IMG/VR virus record: IMGVR_UViG_3300009509_000021
Location: 1-63,214 of that record
Direction: 5' to 3' (one strand)
DNA: 63,214 bases
From: a virus
Taxonomy: Duplodnaviria; Caudoviricetes
Part shown: piece by piece, positions 57,854 through 63,214 of the stretch
How the letters are laid out: every line of letters begins with the position of its first letter
Numbering within the stretch: position 1 is the stretch's first letter
Position numbers and translations under genes: made by a program
The notes under the pieces: generated by a model
Told to the model about the DNA's origin: nothing
Database searches by the model: none
Seen by the model: only the letters and a program-made list of their open reading frames with translations

Positions 57854-58531
57854 TCACTCTCCGTGGTGTGGACATTTGGATACTGGGCAATACTTCTTGC
57901 ATAGATAGCTCGGACGCGCAGGAAAAGACTCCTCTCTGTGAGCCTTCTCATAACGCTTCAAACGCGGCATCAACTCCACAACGATCCTCTTGATATCGTC
58001 GCGAACCAAAGGAACTTCATCCCTCGTCAGCTTTTTCTCCTTTGTCCACAAGTAACAGAGATCAACTGTTTGAATCTCTGGCTCATGTAGCATCAGCAAC
58101 GTCCCTGCCAGCCGTAGCTGTGTGAAATCGTCACTGATCTTTCCTGTTTTGTAATCGACAACGACAGCCTTGGGGCCATTGACGATTGCGAGGTCAATAA
58201 TAGCACGACACCATGTATCTTTCGAGAACCAGTCACACGGTTGGAACATATTGTCGATAGCAAGTTGTTGCTCGGTCAGCTTCTCCCCTGCTGCATCGGA
58301 CAGCTTGGCTGCGTATTTCTCCAAGTGACGCAAGTTCATGGGGAGTTTGGCCCCCTTGCCTACGCGATTTTCCAATGCCTTGTGAACAATTTTTCCATAC
58401 CGCATTTGTTCTGACTCTTGAAACGGTATGTCCTTGCGAACTGACTCATGCCAGAACTTTTTAGGGCAAGTCTCAAAGCTGTTTAGTCGGCTATACGACC
58501 ATGCGGCTTGTTTAGCCTTTTTTGTTGGCAC
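57854..58531 (-). CDS. PD-(D/E)XK Cas4/RecB-like exonuclease
   Basis: WSYSRL..F..CP, IDL, DYKTGK, QL, C-terminal CKKYCPV..C. Confidence 0.85.
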   Translation of the reverse strand: MPTKKAKQAAWSYSRLNSFETCPKKFWHESVRKDIPFQESEQMRYGKIVHKALENRVGKGAKLPMNLRHLEKYAAKLSDAAGEKLTEQQLAIDNMFQPCDWFSKDTWCRAIIDLAIVNGPKAVVVDYKTGKISDDFTQLRLAGTLLMLHEPEIQTVDLCYLWTKEKKLTRDEVPLVRDDIKRIVVELMPRLKRYEKAHREESFPARPSYLCKKYCPVSKCPHHGE

Positions 58532-58751
58532 TACGTCGCTCCATTTCAGTTACACAGAATTCAATAACGTTTCGTATGCCAACTTCATTAACTAATATGT
58601 CAGCCACTTCCTTGCTGTTGACGTACTGGTCTGCTGTCCGATACATACCAATGATTTTTGGCCATGCCGAACATTTAGCTAATCGCTCTGCGAGAAATGC
58701 ATCTTCTGTCATTTCAAACAGGTCACTTTGCTTCTCCATAATTGTCTCCAA
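58512..58751 (-). CDS. Hypothetical protein
   Basis: 79 aa between polymerase and nuclease. Confidence 0.5.
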   Translation of the reverse strand: METIMEKQSDLFEMTEDAFLAERLAKCSAWPKIIGMYRTADQYVNSKEVADILVNEVGIRNVIEFCVTEMERRSANKKG

Positions 58752-60567
58752 CTCCTATCTCACAGTTGACTGGTAGGTTAGGCATCCACGGCACAGGAGC
58801 CGTTAGCGCCATACGTAATGCTTTGACGAATGTCGTTACCTGATCTTCACGAATAACGTACACAAGTTCGTCATGGACAGATAACGCAGCGGTTACGCCT
58901 GCTCTTGCTAACCGCAGCTCTGCTGTCGTCATAACAATTCTGGCAAGTGCTTGGACAACATTCTCTGTCAGCTTGCCACCATAGATATCACGCCATTCCT
59001 TACCGAATTTGTATTTGTAGCGGCCGTTGGCGTTAGTGAGTTCCGGATACGTCAGGAACATGCCGTTTGGTAGCAATATCTGGCCAAGAAGAACATCTAT
59101 CGGCCCAAGACTAAATCCTTGGCCTGACAACATGCACTGTTTGATGTGTTCCATCTTGCCCCAAAGATCGACTATCTTGGTGAAGGAGGAACGGTAGGTC
59201 TGCACGACTGCTTGGGCATCTGGGTAGGTAAAGTCTTCGACGCCGAAGGCGAGCATACTGTCGTAGAACTTCTGAGCACCCGATTGATAACCCAAGGAGA
59301 GGACGCCGGTCTTAGCGACGAACCTTTCAGTCTCATGTTTCTTAGTGATTGTTCTAGCGTATACCTTGTCACCAAATTCGCAGTAAACGTCACGATCACC
59401 CGCAGGGATCGCGTCGTAATACCTAAATAGTTCGACAAGATCATCCTGCCCTGCAAGACAGGCTGTGATACGCGCTTCGATCTGTGACAAATCCCCTGCC
59501 ACCACCTTGTAACCGGGCGGTGCGATGATAGCGCGGCGCAGCGGAGACTTACGCCCAAGATTTTGCAGATTGAGCTTATCCAATCCGGAAAAACGGCCCG
59601 GGTGTGCGCCGTAGTATAGCAATGGACATGCCAGCCACGATTCGGCTGTTGCGTTGGCGACTGCGGAAAATCTTTCAAGGCGGGTTTCTTCGATGGTGGA
59701 TTTGAATTTGAGGCGTGCATTGACCAAGTTCCTGACATTAGGGTTGTCATGCCGTAGAAGGCGTGTGAACTGGGGATCGCTCTTTGCAAAGGCAAAGGTT
59801 TGCTCACCCGTTGTTGGTGATAGTTTGGTGGGAGGTTCTATGCCGTACTTACGCAAAAGATCAGCAAATTTCGGGTTGGACATTAACGGGCTAGGATCAT
59901 CAAGCCCTGTCTTGGCAAGGGTTTCAGCCTTGTCAGCTTTAACTTCCCGCAGAGCTTGGTCAACAATAGTCTTATCAACTCTGAGCTTGGGGCGAGTAAA
60001 TTTTTTGACGGTGAGGTCGATCAGCCTGACCTCATCCTTAGGGAATTGGGGGTATAGCTTTTGGAAGACGCGAGAAGTGATAGCAACGTCTTGTATACAG
60101 TAGGCTGCGTAACGAAGTAGCTGTTCCTTATCGAAATCTCTCCGCCGCATACCCGAGACGTTATGAACTTCAGTACCCTTATCGCCACAGTTCAGTCGTC
60201 GAGAAACTGAATCAAGGTTCATCTGCCCTGTGTATGGTGTAACAAAAGGACGCGCCCCCATCATCGTGCAGAAGTAGCGCCACGGTTTGATACCTAGTTT
60301 CCATTCGAGTATCGCCCCATCAAACATGGCGTTATGAGCGACACAAATCGTTCCCTTCTCCTCAAGATCATAAGCAGATAAGAACGCGGAAACATCGAGT
60401 AGGCTGTCAGCCGAATGCCATCTTGGTTCGCCGCCATTAACAGATACGGCAAGACCAATAATCTCGAAACGCGGATCGTTAATATACTGTGCAGTCGTGA
60501 TGTCTTTAAGCGAGAAAGACTTAGCATCATAATAAGTCTCAAAATCAATCGTTACGAATTTTGCCAT
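58723..60567 (-). CDS. DNA polymerase, family A, with 3'-5' exonuclease
   Basis: DFET, AHNAMFD, YCIQD, NLQNL, DLSQIEAR (A), R..AK...L..GY (B), VHDE (C). Confidence 0.92.
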   Translation of the reverse strand: MAKFVTIDFETYYDAKSFSLKDITTAQYINDPRFEIIGLAVSVNGGEPRWHSADSLLDVSAFLSAYDLEEKGTICVAHNAMFDGAILEWKLGIKPWRYFCTMMGARPFVTPYTGQMNLDSVSRRLNCGDKGTEVHNVSGMRRRDFDKEQLLRYAAYCIQDVAITSRVFQKLYPQFPKDEVRLIDLTVKKFTRPKLRVDKTIVDQALREVKADKAETLAKTGLDDPSPLMSNPKFADLLRKYGIEPPTKLSPTTGEQTFAFAKSDPQFTRLLRHDNPNVRNLVNARLKFKSTIEETRLERFSAVANATAESWLACPLLYYGAHPGRFSGLDKLNLQNLGRKSPLRRAIIAPPGYKVVAGDLSQIEARITACLAGQDDLVELFRYYDAIPAGDRDVYCEFGDKVYARTITKKHETERFVAKTGVLSLGYQSGAQKFYDSMLAFGVEDFTYPDAQAVVQTYRSSFTKIVDLWGKMEHIKQCMLSGQGFSLGPIDVLLGQILLPNGMFLTYPELTNANGRYKYKFGKEWRDIYGGKLTENVVQALARIVMTTAELRLARAGVTAALSVHDELVYVIREDQVTTFVKALRMALTAPVPWMPNLPVNCEIGVGDNYGEAK

Positions 60568-60751
60568 GACCAGCCGCTTCCAAAAATATGTCTTTCTTAA
60601 AGTTGTCGTTTACCAATGCGAAGTGTGCTGCCATAGTCTCAGCGAAATCGTCCATCGCCTCTGATTCGATGCGATAGGTTTCGTGCATCCGTTCTCGTTG
60701 CGCTTTGATAGCTTTCGCCACGAGTTCGTAATCCTTTTTGGTCATAGCCAT
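60545..60751 (-). CDS. Hypothetical protein
   Basis: MTKKDYELVAKAI...NDNF....FLEAA. Confidence 0.6.
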   Translation of the reverse strand: MAMTKKDYELVAKAIKAQRERMHETYRIESEAMDDFAETMAAHFALVNDNFKKDIFLEAAGHGKIRND

Positions 60752-60884
60752 GTTCCGTCTCCATTGCCCACTTAAGGGTTTCGTTTTCTTTTCGTAGTCT
60801 CCTGTTCTCACGTTTGAGACAGTCAACCTTATTCTGCAAGCGTTGGATGCGATCACCCAACACTTCGTACGTTGTGCGTGTCAT
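60639..60884 (-). CDS. Small coiled-coil protein
   Basis: LKRENRRLRKENETL; TAATG coupling. Confidence 0.45.
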   Translation of the reverse strand: MTRTTYEVLGDRIQRLQNKVDCLKRENRRLRKENETLKWAMETEHGYDQKGLRTRGESYQSATRTDARNLSHRIRGDGRFR

Positions 60885-61180
60885 TACGCCACCAATGCGA
60901 TTGCTGCGCGTACCTTGTCACTAAGATATGGCATGTTGCGTGCCATAGTCGGTTCGTCCACCCACCCTAATGTCATTGCTAAATGAAAGTCGATGGGGAT
61001 AAGCGGTGCCCCAAGGTTATTGCGGTAGAAACTTTCAAGCCCCCCACAATAACGTTGAGGATGCATGTTGCCTACTGGCTCATCATCGTACACCACTTCC
61101 CCATCGTGGGGCAGGTAGAAGAAGTAAAGCGCTTTCCTATAAGTAGGAGACACATTGTTTTCTTCAATCTGCCACATCAT
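60884..61180 (-). CDS. Hypothetical protein
   Basis: 98 aa, TAATG coupling. Confidence 0.55.
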   Translation of the reverse strand: MMWQIEENNVSPTYRKALYFFYLPHDGEVVYDDEPVGNMHPQRYCGGLESFYRNNLGAPLIPIDFHLAMTLGWVDEPTMARNMPYLSDKVRAAIALVA

Positions 61181-61728
61181 TACTTCACCAGTGTCAGCTT
61201 AGCCTTGCCGGAGTGGACAGCATTGACGTTGTTAATCATATGCATGAACGCTTCGGACGAATTGAGCCAACGCCCATCGTCTGACTTCATTGCACCCATA
61301 GCATGAAGGGCCTTGTGACATTCCTCAAGTTCCTTGCCGGTGAGTGTGAAGTTGATCTGATGATGGTCAATAGCTTCGATGCGATTCTGGATCGCACGTA
61401 TACCGATCTTGTCGTTGATCTTCGGAAGCACATCACACATATGCGTGAGGCCGAAACGCTTAAGCAATTCGACTGCTTCGTGCTTGAGATATTTGAGTCG
61501 CCGGAAGTGGCGATACATCGAAGCGTACTTGAAGCCAGTGGAAGGCGTGTACGTTAGTTCTTCTTCGATAAGGTGGGTCATGGAGTTGTACTCAAGTAGC
61601 TCGTACAGCTTGCCATGTTGGATAGACGACAAGATGGAACCCATGTCGTAGTAAGCCTCTACTGTCTGATAGTCCAACTCTTTCAGACGGTCGAGGAGTT
61701 TGGCGGCATACGCTTTATCTGTTGCCAT
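61180..61728 (-). CDS. Hypothetical protein (possible DNA-binding)
   Basis: Start MATDKAY after AAGGAG. Confidence 0.6.
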   Translation of the reverse strand: MATDKAYAAKLLDRLKELDYQTVEAYYDMGSILSSIQHGKLYELLEYNSMTHLIEEELTYTPSTGFKYASMYRHFRRLKYLKHEAVELLKRFGLTHMCDVLPKINDKIGIRAIQNRIEAIDHHQINFTLTGKELEECHKALHAMGAMKSDDGRWLNSSEAFMHMINNVNAVHSGKAKLTLVK

Positions 61729-61924
61729 TGTTTTCTCCTTTATGATCGTCGGGGTAGCGGTCAAGTATCTCGCTCCTCACGATATTAACGTCCTTGGGGG
61801 CGTCGAAACCTACGCGGATTTCTGTCCCTGTCGGACCCTGAGCCGATAGGTAGGTCACAACAACATCCCCTGCGGGATGCTTGATTACTACACTATCGCC
61901 AATCCTTCTCGTTAATATGAGCAT
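61715..61924 (-). CDS. csrA: CsrA/RsmA-family RNA-binding translational regulator
   Basis: MLILTRRIGDSVVI...IRVGFDAPKDVNIVRSEI. Confidence 0.9.
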   Translation of the reverse strand: MLILTRRIGDSVVIKHPAGDVVVTYLSAQGPTGTEIRVGFDAPKDVNIVRSEILDRYPDDHKGENNGNR

Positions 61925-61947
61925 CCTATACTCCTTTTATCACTCAT

Positions 61948-62589
61948 TCAAATTTTCTGTCGCAAAACCAAGCTAACATCGAGTCCTTTCCGTCGCTCGG
62001 GGCTGAGCGTCCCCAGTGCCAGCACGTTCGCCAACTGCTCCATACGTTCGTCATTAGGAGTGAAGTCGCGTGGGATACGCGACGCTCTCTCTGCATCTGC
62101 AAGCGTACTTGTGAAGTAGTTGGGAACAAACCGGATGATATCGTCAGTAAGCACGCGCTTGATCTGACCAACAGAGTGACACTGGTTAACGCAGTACTCC
62201 AACCAACTCATCGCATCACGTAAGTTCTGCATCGCTTCGTACTGATCGTCACAGTACTTGAGGATAGCTTCGTGAGTAGGATGCTCTAGTGGAACAGGCA
62301 TATCCTCATAGGGAATCTTCTCATCTATTGACAGCCTGTATTCGTACAAGTCGCCACGAATTTTGAAATGACTGTTATACCCACCAGTCATTCGTATGAG
62401 ATTCTTCTGCTTCTCTTTGAGGTAAAGCCAGCGGTCTCGTATATCTTCAGGAAGTAGCGAGTATGTCCACTCTTTGAAATCATCTTTCGCAACTGGAAAG
62501 ACTTGGTTATTAAGCGACTGTCTTGCTACTGCATGGAACCGACTAGCAATCTGGTTACGATCATTGTCGGTAATTCTTGCTGTTGCCAT
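61948..62589 (-). CDS. Nmad5-like protein
   Basis: RITDNDRNQI N-terminus and C.SVGQIKRV....I.FVP; family assignment from memory; paralogue of next gene. Confidence 0.45.
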   Translation of the reverse strand: MATARITDNDRNQIASRFHAVARQSLNNQVFPVAKDDFKEWTYSLLPEDIRDRWLYLKEKQKNLIRMTGGYNSHFKIRGDLYEYRLSIDEKIPYEDMPVPLEHPTHEAILKYCDDQYEAMQNLRDAMSWLEYCVNQCHSVGQIKRVLTDDIIRFVPNYFTSTLADAERASRIPRDFTPNDERMEQLANVLALGTLSPERRKGLDVSLVLRQKI

Positions 62590-62604
62590 TCCTTTCTCCT
62601 TTTC

Positions 62605-63174
62605 CTATAGCTCTAGCCGACGAAAGTCTGACTTGTCGAACTTCTTGGTACGTGGAAATTGGGCTATGTGGTAGGACGTATTCCCCCACTTAGGCCGGTT
62701 TTGATACTCCTGTTCTGCCGTATGTATTGGTTGCAATGCAGCATACGCCAAAGTCGCCATTGTTGTCTCGATTTCTTCCGGCTCGCAGCCGATAGCTGGA
62801 TACGGTGACGACTTGGTGTAGTCCTTGAGAGCAAGCCTGTACTTCTCTGGCAAGAACGTGAGTAGGTCGGGGCTGACACGCTTATACTGCCCCACGGTGT
62901 TGCAGCTATGGACGATAGACTTGATGACTTTATTTGCCCTCAATATCTGGTCCTCAAGCCTTACTTGCCGTTGTGCCCACTCCCCCACGGGGTCTTGGAA
63001 ACGGTTACCCTTTGGTATCTTATATGGGGAACCAATGTTCATGAACACACGGTCTTGATAGTATGTGCGGCCGTCAAGCTCCTCTCTGTATAGATGAAGC
63101 CTAAACACATGGTCATTACATACAAAGTAGTTGTCAGAAACTGGTGACAAACTGTTCTTGTATTCTCCGACCAA
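62605..63174 (-). CDS. Nmad5-like protein, C-terminal part (246 aa in total with 172..1)
   Basis: CNTVGQYKRVSPDLLTFLP; continues across the join. Confidence 0.55.
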   Translation of the reverse strand: MVGEYKNSLSPVSDNYFVCNDHVFRLHLYREELDGRTYYQDRVFMNIGSPYKIPKGNRFQDPVGEWAQRQVRLEDQILRANKVIKSIVHSCNTVGQYKRVSPDLLTFLPEKYRLALKDYTKSSPYPAIGCEPEEIETTMATLAYAALQPIHTAEQEYQNRPKWGNTSYHIAQFPRTKKFDKSDFRRLEL

Positions 63175-63214
63175 TAGCCGCCATGCTGCCTCAACCTCTG
63201 GCGTGGCGCATGAT
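63174..63214. repeat. 41-nt terminal direct repeat (right copy)
   Basis: Identical to 1-41. Confidence 0.95.

Noticed and set aside
57854-58531. cas4 as part of a CRISPR system
   Set aside because: Stand-alone PD-(D/E)XK nuclease in a standard phage replication module.
207-63093. Numerous antisense and alternate-frame ORFs in the track (e.g. 5230-5883, 26765-27592, 54790-55467)
   Set aside because: Shadows of well-supported genes, with no RBS or recognisable motifs.

Overview
The window reads as a complete, circularly permuted ~63.2 kb tailed dsDNA phage genome, probably podovirus-like. Its first and last 41 nt are identical, and a gene reads in frame across the join. Layout: (1) a leftward early/replication arm (54.6-63.2 kb continuing into 1-9 kb, plus the primase-helicase at 51.8-54.6 kb) with family A DNA polymerase, PD-(D/E)XK nuclease, VRR-NUC, SNF2-like helicase, SSB-like protein, a CsrA homologue, two Nmad5-like paralogues, a MoxR-ATPase/vWA-peptidase module and many small ORFs; (2) an octamer-repeat, origin-like locus at 8.0-8.45 kb and a structured non-coding region at 9.0-9.5 kb; (3) rightward small ORFs, a methyltransferase, terminase subunits and a DUF5675-like protein; (4) a 6.5 kb antisense cassette of virion/adhesin-like, sulfotransferase-like and ParB-like genes between terminase and portal; (5) portal, scaffold, capsid, tail adaptor/nozzle, fibres, holin and three ejection proteins, one a 2428-aa polyvalent protein. 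I saw no integrase, repressor, tRNA, CRISPR array or reverse transcriptase. Best leads: a 102-aa ORF built from capsid-like motifs (possible decoy), phage CsrA together with tandem GGA-rich early ribosome-binding sites, a tandem-pseudoknot intergenic RNA, and the antisense virion cassette. All family assignments come from motif recognition by eye, not database searches.
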